A stretch of DNA of 62,869 nucleotides, the filler included, from Limisphaerales bacterium (GTDB lineage: Bacteria > Verrucomicrobiota > Verrucomicrobiia > Limisphaerales > SIBE01): the NCBI GenBank assembly GCA_044225505.1. It is 4 parts of 4 records of this genome, joined end to end, with 100 filler letters (N's around TTAATTAATTAA, not from the genome) between each part and the next. Parts side by side here need not be neighbours in the genome. Positions count along the whole stretch, not along the records: positions 15,478 to 30,458 come from JBGAIN010000190.1; positions 30,559 to 47,672 come from JBGAIN010000191.1; 2 more parts are not named here. The stretch is one strand, 5' to 3'. The notes below the pieces were generated by a model. It made no database searches. It worked only from the letters and a program-made list of their open reading frames with translations, and was not told the DNA's origin. The position numbers and the translations under genes are program-made. This document shows, piece after piece, positions 29,216 through 39,127 of this stretch. The first letter of the stretch is position 1; each line of letters opens with the position of its first letter.

Positions 29216-29292
29216 CCTCAGGCGAGGTTGCCGCCCTAGCAGAACAGCGTTCAGAACGAGCGTGTGAAGGCTGCGCGACCAGACTCAGCCTT

Positions 29293-30021
29293 TCACAACC
29301 GTGAATCTCGCAAATAATCGGTGTGCATATCGAGCAGCAGCCGGTTGCGCCCTTTAGGATGCACTGCTCGGCCGCGCAATTCCGAAGGCAAACTGGGAAT
29401 GGTGTTAGGAAAGTAGGGATCGACCGTGAGTTCGACTTCGGAAGGCCCGCCCGGCTGGCCGGCCGCTGGATTATTCGCAGCACGCAGATCCACCACGGCC
29501 TGTTCCACGGTCTTCCCCCAAAAATTATCCAGCGCCACGGGATCATCTGGCCGGTCAAAACGCCACAGCCAGTAACTCACGACGGAGTTGGTATCGCCGA
29601 CATGCGACTCTTGAGTGCATTGCGGCGCCGCTCGCAGCGCCGAATGAAGCAGCGCTGGGCAAAACCAGATGCGCGCTGATCCCAGTTGATTGCTGAGCAC
29701 CGTTGGTGCCCACCCGCCACGAGGGTCAGAGGGCGGCCACGTGGTCCAAGGCTTATAACCCAGCTCCTGTTTGAGTGGCCGCACGTCGGCAAATCGATCC
29801 CCATCGTCCGAAAGTTGCAGCTCAAAACCGAGCCCTATCTGGCGAAGGTTCGACAAACAAACGGTCTGGCGCCCCTTGCTCTTGGCACGAGCTAGCGCCG
29901 GGAGGAGGAGAGAAGCCAGAATGGCAATGATCGCTATCACGACCAAAAGTTCGATCAAGGTAAAGCCTTTGGCCGAGCCACTCCGAAAGTCGATTACGGT
30001 TGTCGGCACGGGCAATGGCAT
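29293..30021 (-). CDS. Prepilin-type N-terminal cleavage/methylation domain protein
   Basis: [29 protein letters not shown]...[10 protein letters not shown]-terminal [13 protein letters not shown] (H-X9-DG variant). Confidence 0.92.
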   Translation of the reverse strand: MPLPVPTTVIDFRSGSAKGFTLIELLVVIAIIAILASLLLPALARAKSKGRQTVCLSNLRQIGLGFELQLSDDGDRFADVRPLKQELGYKPWTTWPPSDPRGGWAPTVLSNQLGSARIWFCPALLHSALRAAPQCTQESHVGDTNSVVSYWLWRFDRPDDPVALDNFWGKTVEQAVVDLRAANNPAAGQPGGPSEVELTVDPYFPNTIPSLPSELRGRAVHPKGRNRLLLDMHTDYLRDSRL

Positions 30022-30053
30022 GCTAAACCCCATGGTCGAACCAGCCGACGCCA

Positions 30054-30458
30054 ATGTCAATTCTACGTCGATCTCTTTGCGCCAACGCGGCCTTCGCCAT
30101 CCTGGCGGCAATCAGCCTGGCAGGCGAACCGGTCTATTTTCGCTCGGATCACGGCGTCGCTGAAACGAGCCCAAGTCAGGGGCAGGATTTTCAGCTCGAT
30201 CAGCCGCTCTGGCGCATGCCAATGGATGGCGGCCATTCCACCCCCACCCTCAGCAACGGCAGACTGTTCTTAACGACTTACCGCGCGTCGGACCAACGCC
30301 TCGCCACGCTTGCTCTCGACGCCCGCGACGGAAAAATCGTGTGGGAGCAAGTGGTGCCCAAAACTCAGCTGGAGGCTTATCATCGAGCAACGGGAAGCCC
30401 AGCAGCCGCGACAACCGCTTGTGACGGCGAGCGAGTCTATTCTTTTTTTGGAAGCTAC
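30054..30458 (+). CDS. PQQ-binding-like beta-propeller protein, N-terminal fragment (cut by spacer)
   Basis: Signal peptide, [33 protein letters not shown]. Confidence 0.82.
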
Positions 30459-30558
30459 NNNNNNNNNNNNNNNNNNNNNNNNNNNNNNNNNNNNNNNNNN
30501 NNTTAATTAATTAANNNNNNNNNNNNNNNNNNNNNNNNNNNNNNNNNNNNNNNNNNNN
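30459..30558. other. Artificial contig spacer
   Basis: 100 nt of N with central TTAATTAATTAA. Confidence 0.98.
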
Positions 30559-30560
30559 CC

Positions 30561-31130
30561 GGACTGGATTGGGCCAAAGTTACGCTGTTCCACATGGATG
30601 AATACTTGGGCGTTACGGCGGATCATTCTGCAAGCTTCCGACGCTTCCTCCGTGAACGGGTCGAAGTTCGGGTTCATCCGCGGGCTTATCAATACCTGCA
30701 AGGTGAGGCGTTGGAACCCATTAAGGAATGCCAGCGCTACAGCGCCTTGCTGAAGGAAGCTCCTATCGACCTATGCTGTATCGGCATCGGCGAGAACGGA
30801 CATATCGCTTTCAACGATCCGCCCGTTGCCGACTTTAGCGATCCTCTGACGGTGAAACTCGTGAAATTGGATGAGCCCTGCAGACGTCAGCAAGTTGGCG
30901 AAGGGGCCTTTCCAACCTTTGAAGCAGTTCCGCAGTTTGCCTACACGGTGACAATTCCCGCCCTTTGCTCAGCAACCACACTGGTTTGTGTCGTTCCGGA
31001 ACGACGCAAAGCCCAAGCCGTGCGCAATACGCTGCTGGGTGCGATTCAGCCCGAGTGCCCGGCGTCGATCCTTCGTCGACAGCCCCACGCAACACTGTTC
31101 TTGGACTCAGAATCGGCAAGTCTCCTGTAA
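30561..31130 (+). CDS. nagB: Glucosamine-6-phosphate deaminase (5' truncated)
   Basis: LFHMDEYLG, IGIGENGHIAFNDP, CPASILRRQP..TLFLD. Confidence 0.88.
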   Translation, partial: GLDWAKVTLFHMDEYLGVTADHSASFRRFLRERVEVRVHPRAYQYLQGEALEPIKECQRYSALLKEAPIDLCCIGIGENGHIAFNDPPVADFSDPLTVKLVKLDEPCRRQQVGEGAFPTFEAVPQFAYTVTIPALCSATTLVCVVPERRKAQAVRNTLLGAIQPECPASILRRQPHATLFLDSESASLL

Positions 31131-31142
31131 GCTAAGAGGCCT

Positions 31143-31895
31143 ATGAAGTCGCTTGTCGGCAAAGCCGCCCTCATCACTGGCGCAAGTCGAGGTTTGGGAA
31201 AAGCGATGGCGCAGGCTCTAGCCGACGCCGGGGCGCACATCGTCTTGATTGCGCGGGACCGTCAAAGACTCGATGCAGCGGCTGACGAGATCCGCAAACA
31301 GGGAGGCACTGCCGATGCATTCGTCGTCGATGTCACCGATGAGTCTCAGATTACCGAACTTGCTCAGAACCTCGCTCGGATGGACCGGAAGATCCAAATC
31401 CTCATCAACAACGCCGGGATCAACAATCGCAAGCCGGTGACAGAATTCACGCTCACGGAGTGGCGACAAGTATTGGACACCAATCTCACCAGCGCCTTCT
31501 TGATTTGCCGGGCGTTCGTTCCTCAAATGAAAGGTTTGGGCTACGGCCGGATCATCAACCTGACTTCAATAATGAGCCACGTCGCGCTGGCTGGACGCAC
31601 GGCTTACGCGGCCAGCAAGACCGGTTTGCTCGGTTTCACACGCGCGTTGGCCCTGGAACTAGCTCCTGACCAGATCACCGTTAACGGCATTAGTCCTGGT
31701 CCGGTAGCGACCGAGATGAATCTGCCCATTACTCAGAACCCGGAGCTAAACCAGCAATTCCTCTCCAAATTACCCATAGGACGCTGGGGTAAAGTTGAAG
31801 AAATTGGAAAATTAGCGGTCTTTCTTTGTTCGGAGGATGCAGGATTCATCACCGGGACGGACATCCTGATTGACGGAGGTTGGACGACACAGTAG
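31143..31895 (+). CDS. Short-chain dehydrogenase/reductase
   Basis: TGASRGLG, NNAG, YAASK, ITGTDILIDGG. Confidence 0.95.
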   Translation: MKSLVGKAALITGASRGLGKAMAQALADAGAHIVLIARDRQRLDAAADEIRKQGGTADAFVVDVTDESQITELAQNLARMDRKIQILINNAGINNRKPVTEFTLTEWRQVLDTNLTSAFLICRAFVPQMKGLGYGRIINLTSIMSHVALAGRTAYAASKTGLLGFTRALALELAPDQITVNGISPGPVATEMNLPITQNPELNQQFLSKLPIGRWGKVEEIGKLAVFLCSEDAGFITGTDILIDGGWTTQ

Positions 31896-31949
31896 TTCCG
31901 CATCGCCCAACCGCCCATTGGACTCCCCCACCCGCAATGCCGCCCGCGA

Positions 31950-33092
31950 TCAGAATCGTTTCGCGACCGTGAACATCACGAGATAGTCGGCAAATGCAGC
32001 GTCGCCATGTTGGGGCGTTCCCGTCGCGGCCTGTTGCTGTTGATCGGGAACACTCTGTTCCCGATTCCGATAGATGGCGACCGGTGTGTTCAGTGCGAAA
32101 GACCATGTTCCGATCATCGCCGCAACACCTGGCTCGATAGAAACGGCATAGCCCGGGCGTCGAAACCCGTCACTCCCTCCAAACGCATCTTCCACTGGCA
32201 CCCCCTCGATCCGGCCAGCCAAACTGAAAGTCAACCCGTACTTTGGCCAAGCGACAAACTCCACCCCCCCGCGCCCCATATAAGAGTCACCAATCGACAT
32301 TTCCGCTTCGAAGGGATTTGAACGGAAAGTTGGCACGCCATTCTTCTCCTCAGGAGTAAAGGTGTAGGCGCCGTTGACGAAGGCATTGAGCCGTGGGATG
32401 ATTTGGCGGTAAGCGTAGAGGTCCAACGTGATTCCCCAGCCGCCATCACCAGGCTGGATGGACTGGTCGACCGTCCGCTCGCGAGCCGCAATCTGCTTTG
32501 AGGGTCCGTCAAAAACCTGAAAGGTATCTCGAACATCCTTTTCACCAGTCGGTGCGTCGAACCCCAGTCCGAGGAGAACATTACCTTTCGAGTGTTTCTC
32601 GGGATCGAGCAGCCACATGTTCCCTTCAAATCGAATGTCACCCAGACCGGCCGCCTGGGTGTGAAATCGCTGCAATATCGAGCGGGCGACGTCGTTGGAT
32701 CGAACCACTTGCGATCGATCGTGGACGACAAAGGGAAACGTCACTGTGGCGCTGAACCTCGAGTTAAACGCGTAGGTCAGCCCCACGTCCATGAAGTGCG
32801 AATCATTGATGACTTCACTCCCTTCCTTTTGACGCTGTTCTTGCTCGACATCCCCGACGAAGTGCCGGTCGGAATGGAGCCAGCGGTAGCCCACCGCGGC
32901 TTGGAAGCCTGAGCTAGGAGGAAGTGTTTCTCCCAAATGAAGGCCTGTCTGGCAAAGGGAAGGCATGCCCGCGCCACGGGCGGCAACGCAGCCCTGAGCG
33001 AAGGCATTATGGCAAGGAAGGCTGCCAGCGACGACCAACAGGCTGCCCGTAATCGGCCGCAACAGGCTGATTCGTAAATATGGAATTTGCAT
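31950..33092 (-). CDS. Putative outer-membrane beta-barrel protein
   Basis: Signal peptide ending AFA-Q, amphipathic strands, GLGDI and APTG motifs, terminal Phe (VMFTVAKRF); start moved to ATG 33092. Confidence 0.7.
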   Translation of the reverse strand: MQIPYLRISLLRPITGSLLVVAGSLPCHNAFAQGCVAARGAGMPSLCQTGLHLGETLPPSSGFQAAVGYRWLHSDRHFVGDVEQEQRQKEGSEVINDSHFMDVGLTYAFNSRFSATVTFPFVVHDRSQVVRSNDVARSILQRFHTQAAGLGDIRFEGNMWLLDPEKHSKGNVLLGLGFDAPTGEKDVRDTFQVFDGPSKQIAARERTVDQSIQPGDGGWGITLDLYAYRQIIPRLNAFVNGAYTFTPEEKNGVPTFRSNPFEAEMSIGDSYMGRGGVEFVAWPKYGLTFSLAGRIEGVPVEDAFGGSDGFRRPGYAVSIEPGVAAMIGTWSFALNTPVAIYRNREQSVPDQQQQAATGTPQHGDAAFADYLVMFTVAKRF

Positions 33093-33390
33093 GGTTTGTG
33101 AACTGGTGCTTCGCCGACTTTCTAACCGCCCTAGCCCGAGCAGCAAATCGGTCTGGGACCAAGGGCTGTTTCTCAGGGGTGAACAGCTTTGGTCCGGGGA
33201 TGTCCGGCCATTATTGGTGTTGCTCCGTCCGTTGAACGCATGCTTTTGCCGATCTGTCCCCCCTGCGGCGTCCGATGTTTGGCCTGAGCAGGTCCGAGGC
33301 ACGTTTTCCATTACTGTCTGTCGTTTCGTCGCAAGCCACCGCTACCATTCGAAACTCGCACCTTAAATCGAAACTGCTAGCTTACGTAGC

Positions 33391-34600
33391 GTGTTCAACG
33401 GGTTTGCCATCCTGATTCTCGTGCTGATCGCCGCGCGGTGCCTGGCGCAGTTCTATCTCGACTTTCTCAACCGCGGATATGTCAGAAAACACTCGGGAGC
33501 AATTCCATTAGCGTTCCGCGGTATGATCGACGACGCGACCTATCGCAAATCCGTGGAATACACGCTTGCGAAAAGCCAAATCAGTCGCGTGGAGATTCTA
33601 GTCGAAACCGTTGTCCTGTGTGTGGTGTTGTTCAGCGGGATCCTTCCTTGGGCCTATCAACGAGTGTCGATCGGCTGGGGAGATTCGATCTGGGCCGCGG
33701 CGGCGTATTTGTGGATGACGGGCGCCATTCTGACTTTGCCGGCTTTACCGATTGAGTGGTACGCTCAATTCCGTTTGGAAGAACGGTTTGGATTTAATTC
33801 GTCGACGTTCGGAACCTGGTGTATGGACCGGGTGAAAGGCTTCGTGCTTGCGCTTCTCATCGGCTATCCGCTTCTGGCCTTGCTGTTAAAGGTGATTAGC
33901 TGGACGGGCTCGCTTTGGTGGCTCTGGGCTTGGGTCGCGTTAACGGCGTTTCAGCTGCTGATGATGGTCTTGGCGCCGGTGATCATTCTCCCGCTATTCA
34001 ACAAGTTCACCCCTCTTCCGGAGGGCGGTTTGCGAGATCGTTTACTGCAACTTGCGCAGCGGACAGGATTTCAAGCCCGCAACATTCAGGTGATGGCGCA
34101 TTGTTCTCTTTGACACGCTAATCCAGCAACTGCTCGAGCCGGAATTGGAAGCGGTCCTCGCGCATGAGATTGGCCATTACCAAAAGAAACACATTCTCCG
34201 CTTTCTTATCGCCTCTGTGACGTTGTCATTGGCGGCGTTCTGGCTCCTGTCGCTACTCGCTGGGCAACCGTGGTTTTACGAAGCGTTTGGCTTTAAGGCC
34301 GGCCGGTTGGTTCCCGCTCTGCTGGTTTTTACGCTGCTCAGCGGACTGATCAGTTTTTGGCTGGGCCCTTTATTGAATTACTGGTCGCGCCGGTTTGAAT
34401 ATGAAGCAGACGCCTTCGCGGCCGCAGCCATGCAAGAACCGACCCCGCTGACGAGCGCGCTCCGCAAACTCAATGAGAAGAACCTGAGCAATCTAACGCC
34501 CCATCCCATCTACAGTGGATTTTATTATTCCCACCCCACTTTGCTCGAACGAGAGACTGCGCTTCAATCCATTCCCCCGCTTAGCTCACGTCCAGGTTAA
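33391..34600 (+). pseudogene. M48 (Ste24/HtpX-like) zinc metalloprotease interrupted by an internal deletion and frameshift near 34097
   Basis: N-part LEERFGFN...PLFNKFTPL...IQVM; other frame resumes [12 protein letters not shown]...AVLAHEIGH...EYEAD...YYSHP; may be an assembly error. Confidence 0.85.
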
Positions 34601-36713
34601 GGAGATAATCGTTCAGCTCTTGCTGCTGTTTGGACTCTATCCCTTTGTAATTCTCAATCTCCTGGCGAAGCCCGTCCAACTCGGTCTCCTGTTGATCAAG
34701 TTTCTTCACGTATCGCGAGTAAAGATCGGACGACTGACTTAACTTCGCCATATTCTCCCGGATGCGGCCTTGCTCCTGGGAAATCTCCGTCACTCGTTGC
34801 TCTCGCCGGGTCCTCTCAGTTGCCGTCTTTCCGACCCGATCCCGCAAAGCGACGACTTTCTGCAAGGCTTCTTTAACGGCAGGGCTGACCGATTTCGCGC
34901 GGATATAATGAGCAATGACGTCGGTGCCCGAATTGATGAGCTGGACCGTTTCCGTTAATTGTTTCTCCTCCCGAACATTGAGCCGGGCGGACTTCTCCGC
35001 TTCAACCGTCACTGGAAATCGATAGACGTCCCGAGTCCGCTCGCTCGATTCGGCCGGTTCCGCGAGTTTCCAATCCGAGCGAAAAGGGTGTTCAATCAGC
35101 ACTGTCTTCTTTTTCTGATCGCGATTGCGGACGGAATAGACTTTCTCCTCGGTCGCCTTGACGGTCGCCTGAAGCGTGCCTTTACGAACCCGAACCGTAA
35201 CCAACTCTTGTTTGCCCGCCCCAGACTGCGGCTCAACCTCTGTCTTGATGTCCAGGGCATAGCTAATCAACCGATCCTGTCCAGCCGCTAGATCGTCCAG
35301 ACGCGCATCGCCCGCATAGGTGCCGCCGTCAAAAACCGTCACGGGCCCTTGCATTAGGTGCAGCGAAGTACTGTTCTTCAGCCGAAATCCGTTCAGGGGA
35401 TACTTGGCTTGCACCCCTTCGTTGTAGATCGATACCTTTTGCCCTTCGACGGCCCCACTAACGATGGGCAACATCGCGGATTTTTGACGCTCAAGAGTCA
35501 CGGGAACTTTGATCGCGTATTGGAACAACTCTCCGGCTTGACCCCCTTGGGCAGCAGCAGCCACCGATTGGAACGCGAACGCATTTTCGTGGGTTTGAGA
35601 CGCGTCTGCGAGCGCCAGGTTGGAGGTCTTGGCGAGCATTCGTTCACTCTTGCGAGCGGCAGGAGCTGCCGCCAGCGCCGACGCTCCGCCACCGATACCT
35701 GCGGACGCCATGGATCTTGCGACAACCTGCCGCTCGTCTCCGTCTCGAGCCAGGCTTTCGACAGCATCTCCATATACCGGGGGCCGCAACGAGGAGTAGA
35801 GTTCCGGTTGTACGTTCGGGCGAATCGCATAGAGCGGTTGATACAGGTCCATGGTGAAGGAGATCGGCCGACCGGAGACCAAAGACAGCCGGACATTCTC
35901 CCAGTCTTCATCCGACGTGTTCTCGACGATCGCCCATCCTTGAAGGTATGGCGCATTTTTTTCATCGAGCACAAGCCGGTAACTCGTCTTCCAGACCGGG
36001 GTTTGCGCGATGTAAGCGACGCTAACCTTGCGCTTGCCCTCGCCATCAAACGTCACACTGACCGTTTTCTTTTGTGTGTCGTGCCCCATGGAGAGCGCTT
36101 CCAACGCTTGCTTCAGTTCGCCGTTCAAGTCTTCATTCAAAAGCCGAATGCGTTGGACTTGCGCCAGCGGCACGGACTGCAAACCGTCCGCGGTCAGCAA
36201 GTTGAGGAATTCCGACTCGACCGTTCGATTCTCGCCAAGAAGTTCGAGGCGACGTTCGACTCCCAGAATTGTGCCGACCACCGGATTGGGCCGCAGCAAT
36301 TCAATGCGTTCTCCGCGCGCCTGATCGAGCAACTGACCGAGAGTCGGATTAGTTGTCAGATCGAGGCCAAAGCTCTTTAGCGTCTTGGTCAGCGGATCGC
36401 GAGAACCATACGTCACGGACCCAACGCGGCCGCCATCCAAGTCTTGAACGACCATGCTTTTGAGCAAATCGTTGATATCATCGACTTTGAACCGTAAATC
36501 GACTGACGTGCGGCCGTCGACTTGGCCATTGCGCTGGAAATAGCCTACACCGCTCGAGTAGAGCACGATTTCTGACAGCGGCAGCGGCGAGGTTAAGCGA
36601 TTGCTGCGTTCGGCGTTGCTTTGCGCGGCGTGGGCACTCGGAACGGAGGGCAGATAGCACCCCGCCAATGCTAGCGCGGCACACGGAAGATAAATTCGTC
36701 TATTTCGTCGCAT
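34581..36713 (-). CDS. DUF4139 domain secreted protein
   Basis: Signal peptide; [40 protein letters not shown]-terminal coiled coil. Confidence 0.82.
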   Translation of the reverse strand: MRRNRRIYLPCAALALAGCYLPSVPSAHAAQSNAERSNRLTSPLPLSEIVLYSSGVGYFQRNGQVDGRTSVDLRFKVDDINDLLKSMVVQDLDGGRVGSVTYGSRDPLTKTLKSFGLDLTTNPTLGQLLDQARGERIELLRPNPVVGTILGVERRLELLGENRTVESEFLNLLTADGLQSVPLAQVQRIRLLNEDLNGELKQALEALSMGHDTQKKTVSVTFDGEGKRKVSVAYIAQTPVWKTSYRLVLDEKNAPYLQGWAIVENTSDEDWENVRLSLVSGRPISFTMDLYQPLYAIRPNVQPELYSSLRPPVYGDAVESLARDGDERQVVARSMASAGIGGGASALAAAPAARKSERMLAKTSNLALADASQTHENAFAFQSVAAAAQGGQAGELFQYAIKVPVTLERQKSAMLPIVSGAVEGQKVSIYNEGVQAKYPLNGFRLKNSTSLHLMQGPVTVFDGGTYAGDARLDDLAAGQDRLISYALDIKTEVEPQSGAGKQELVTVRVRKGTLQATVKATEEKVYSVRNRDQKKKTVLIEHPFRSDWKLAEPAESSERTRDVYRFPVTVEAEKSARLNVREEKQLTETVQLINSGTDVIAHYIRAKSVSPAVKEALQKVVALRDRVGKTATERTRREQRVTEISQEQGRIRENMAKLSQSSDLYSRYVKKLDQQETELDGLRQEIENYKGIESKQQQELNDYLLNLDVS

Positions 36714-36907
36714 ATCGACTTCCCTTTTTGGTTGAGCGTTATGGGTGATCCAGAAACAGGGTCGGGCTCGGTCAAAGAGCTCGTCAAAGGCCTCACTCCG
36801 CTTCAAAAAGCGCACCAAGCGAGCTTGAATTCCCCATACACTCTGTCAGACGGGACCTCTCAAGAAATACTCCCGGTCTGGCTTATCCCGTTCGTCGGAC
36901 TTGAGCC

Positions 36908-37834
36908 CTACGGGTTGCGCCCCAAGCTCGGTCCGGAAATTTCCGGCATCTGCGCTTGGACCTCCGTCACCAGATCCGTCAAGCGCCGGCCATACTCGAC
37001 GAAATTGGCCCGGGTAGCCTGGTCGTTGGCTTTCGACTGCGCGTCGTGGAACACGACGACCATGTGCGGTTCGATGCTGATGCCGCCGGAATAGCCGTTG
37101 GCCAGCGCATCTCCCAGGATCTGCCGGACGTGACCCTGCCCTTCCCCTGGCCAGTTATAGTCGGCGTCGTTTTTCGTCTCATTCCACGTTGCATCTTTCA
37201 CGTGAATGTGCACGACGTGTTCCCGCACATGAGTCCAGAATTCCCAGGCATCCTGGCGCGGCCAGGGCTTCGGTTGACTTCGGTCGGGATTGAAGACGGG
37301 ATTGGCCGTGTCAAAGACCCACTTAAGGCCAGGGGCTTTATCCAACAATTCGAGGGCGTGCTTCCAGCTCATCCCACCGTAGTTCATGCAATTCTCGTGC
37401 ACAGGCGTTAGGCCAGCATCGAGAAACATATTCGTCACTTCGCGCACTCGACGAAACACCTCATTGGGAATCGAATACTCCTCGTCGCGCGGTTTCAAAC
37501 TCATGATACGGACAAAGGGCGTGCCCAGGCGTTGCATCCGCGGGATCGTCCGTTTCACCTCGGCGACGGTAACATCCCAGGGAGTGTCCAGAGTTTTCGC
37601 CCAGTTCATGATCGTCGACCCGAAGCAGTGCACGCGCAGGCGCGCTTCTGCCAATCGTTCGACCGCGCTGTCGAACGCCTTGTCGGGGAGATCATGAAAA
37701 TTGGATTTGGCAAAGCCCGGGACCTCAACCCCACGCATTTCAATGCACTGCCAGCCGAGCTCCGAGCAAGCCGCGATCTGGGAATCGATCGCGCTCCCGG
37801 CTTCATCGCCGATTCCCATCAAGATTGGTGCCAT
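36908..37834 (-). CDS. Sugar phosphate isomerase/epimerase family TIM-barrel protein
   Basis: GIGDEAG, VHENC, VFDTAN, HIHVKD, ISIEPH metal-ligand pattern. Confidence 0.9.
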   Translation of the reverse strand: MAPILMGIGDEAGSAIDSQIAACSELGWQCIEMRGVEVPGFAKSNFHDLPDKAFDSAVERLAEARLRVHCFGSTIMNWAKTLDTPWDVTVAEVKRTIPRMQRLGTPFVRIMSLKPRDEEYSIPNEVFRRVREVTNMFLDAGLTPVHENCMNYGGMSWKHALELLDKAPGLKWVFDTANPVFNPDRSQPKPWPRQDAWEFWTHVREHVVHIHVKDATWNETKNDADYNWPGEGQGHVRQILGDALANGYSGGISIEPHMVVVFHDAQSKANDQATRANFVEYGRRLTDLVTEVQAQMPEISGPSLGRNP

Positions 37835-37839
37835 AAAGT

Positions 37840-38991
37840 CTAACGGTGGAAAGATTGAGTAAAATCGTCGTTCTTAATTGCCACTACTTTCTTTTCGTGG
37901 CGCGAGTTAGCAATCAACTCCTGCAGTTTCCGTTCGTAAGCGGCACTATCCATGGGCAGATCAATCGTCCGGTCGAGCAGTGAGGAATACAACATACTGT
38001 TCGCCAATTCCACCGACTGAATACCTTCCTGCCCTGGGGCGATGAGTGGCGTTCCATCCAAAATGGCGTCGACGAAGTTCTGCATTAGGATCGCATGCGG
38101 CACGGTTGCGTCCGAGATTGGGATCTCCACATTCCAGACGTCCGGCTTGGCAAAGCCAACCTTCGCTGTCTTGCTAAACTCCACCATCGAAACTTCGTTC
38201 CGCGTGAAGGTGAGTTTATGGTTTTCCAAGACGACCTTGCCTTGCGTTCCGGCGATCTCGAATCGGTTGCTTCCCGGGGCCTCACCGGTTGAGGTGACAA
38301 AAACACCCGTGGCACCGTTCTCATATTCAAGGTAGGCCGTGACGTCGTCCTCGACCTCGATGTTATGGTAGCGGCCCAAAGCGCAAAAGCCTCGGACACG
38401 CTTGGGCATCCCGCAGAGCCAAGCCATGGTGTCGAGATTGTGCAAGCACTGATTGAGAAGCACGCCACCGCCCTCTCCCTTCCAAGTGGCCCGCCAACCG
38501 CCGCTCGCGTAGTACGCTTCCGTCCGGTACCAATCTGTGATAATCCAGATAACCCGTGTGATTTGGCCGAGCTGACCGCTCTGAATGAGTTTTTGAATCT
38601 TCAGATACCGCGGTTCGGTGCGTAACTGAAACATCCCCGCAAAGACCAACTTAGGTTTCTTTTGCGCGCAGGCGATCAACCGTTCGGCGTCGGCTTTATG
38701 CGCTGAAATAGGTTTCTCCACCATGACGTGCAGGCCTGCGTTCAGCGCCGCCATGCCCAGGGTGGTGTGCTGATAATGGGGCGTAGCAATGATCACCGCA
38801 TCCACCTCGCCAGATTGGAACAGCGCCTCGGGATCATTGAATGTCTTCAGCGGTTTGTAGCTATCGAGAGGAGCGAAGGCATCGCAGACAGCCGTTAACT
38901 GGGCACGACCGACCTTGCCCTTGGAAAGGTAGTCCGCGTGATATCTCCCGATGTTTCCCAGCCCAATAATCCCGAGCCGAACGGTATTCAT
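37840..38991 (-). CDS. Gfo/Idh/MocA family oxidoreductase
   Basis: GIIGLGNIG, IATPHYQH, VEKP, GGGVLLNQCLHNLD. Confidence 0.95.
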   Translation of the reverse strand: MNTVRLGIIGLGNIGRYHADYLSKGKVGRAQLTAVCDAFAPLDSYKPLKTFNDPEALFQSGEVDAVIIATPHYQHTTLGMAALNAGLHVMVEKPISAHKADAERLIACAQKKPKLVFAGMFQLRTEPRYLKIQKLIQSGQLGQITRVIWIITDWYRTEAYYASGGWRATWKGEGGGVLLNQCLHNLDTMAWLCGMPKRVRGFCALGRYHNIEVEDDVTAYLEYENGATGVFVTSTGEAPGSNRFEIAGTQGKVVLENHKLTFTRNEVSMVEFSKTAKVGFAKPDVWNVEIPISDATVPHAILMQNFVDAILDGTPLIAPGQEGIQSVELANSMLYSSLLDRTIDLPMDSAAYERKLQELIANSRHEKKVVAIKNDDFTQSFHR

Positions 38992-39127
38992 GCGTTAAAA
39001 AGGTCGCGATAACAGCTCGGGATTATCTGGCTCTCCATCGCTTCGAAGCAAGCCCGGATTCGCCCTCGACCCCAGCGGGGGGGAGTTTGCCCTCAAGCTC
39101 CGACGGACAAAGCCAGCCCTGGAATCG

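Noticed and set aside
35358..36380. Long antisense ORFs (also 13998-14819, 56569-57453, 58886-59638)
   Set aside because: Shadow frames opposite well-supported genes, expected in GC-rich DNA
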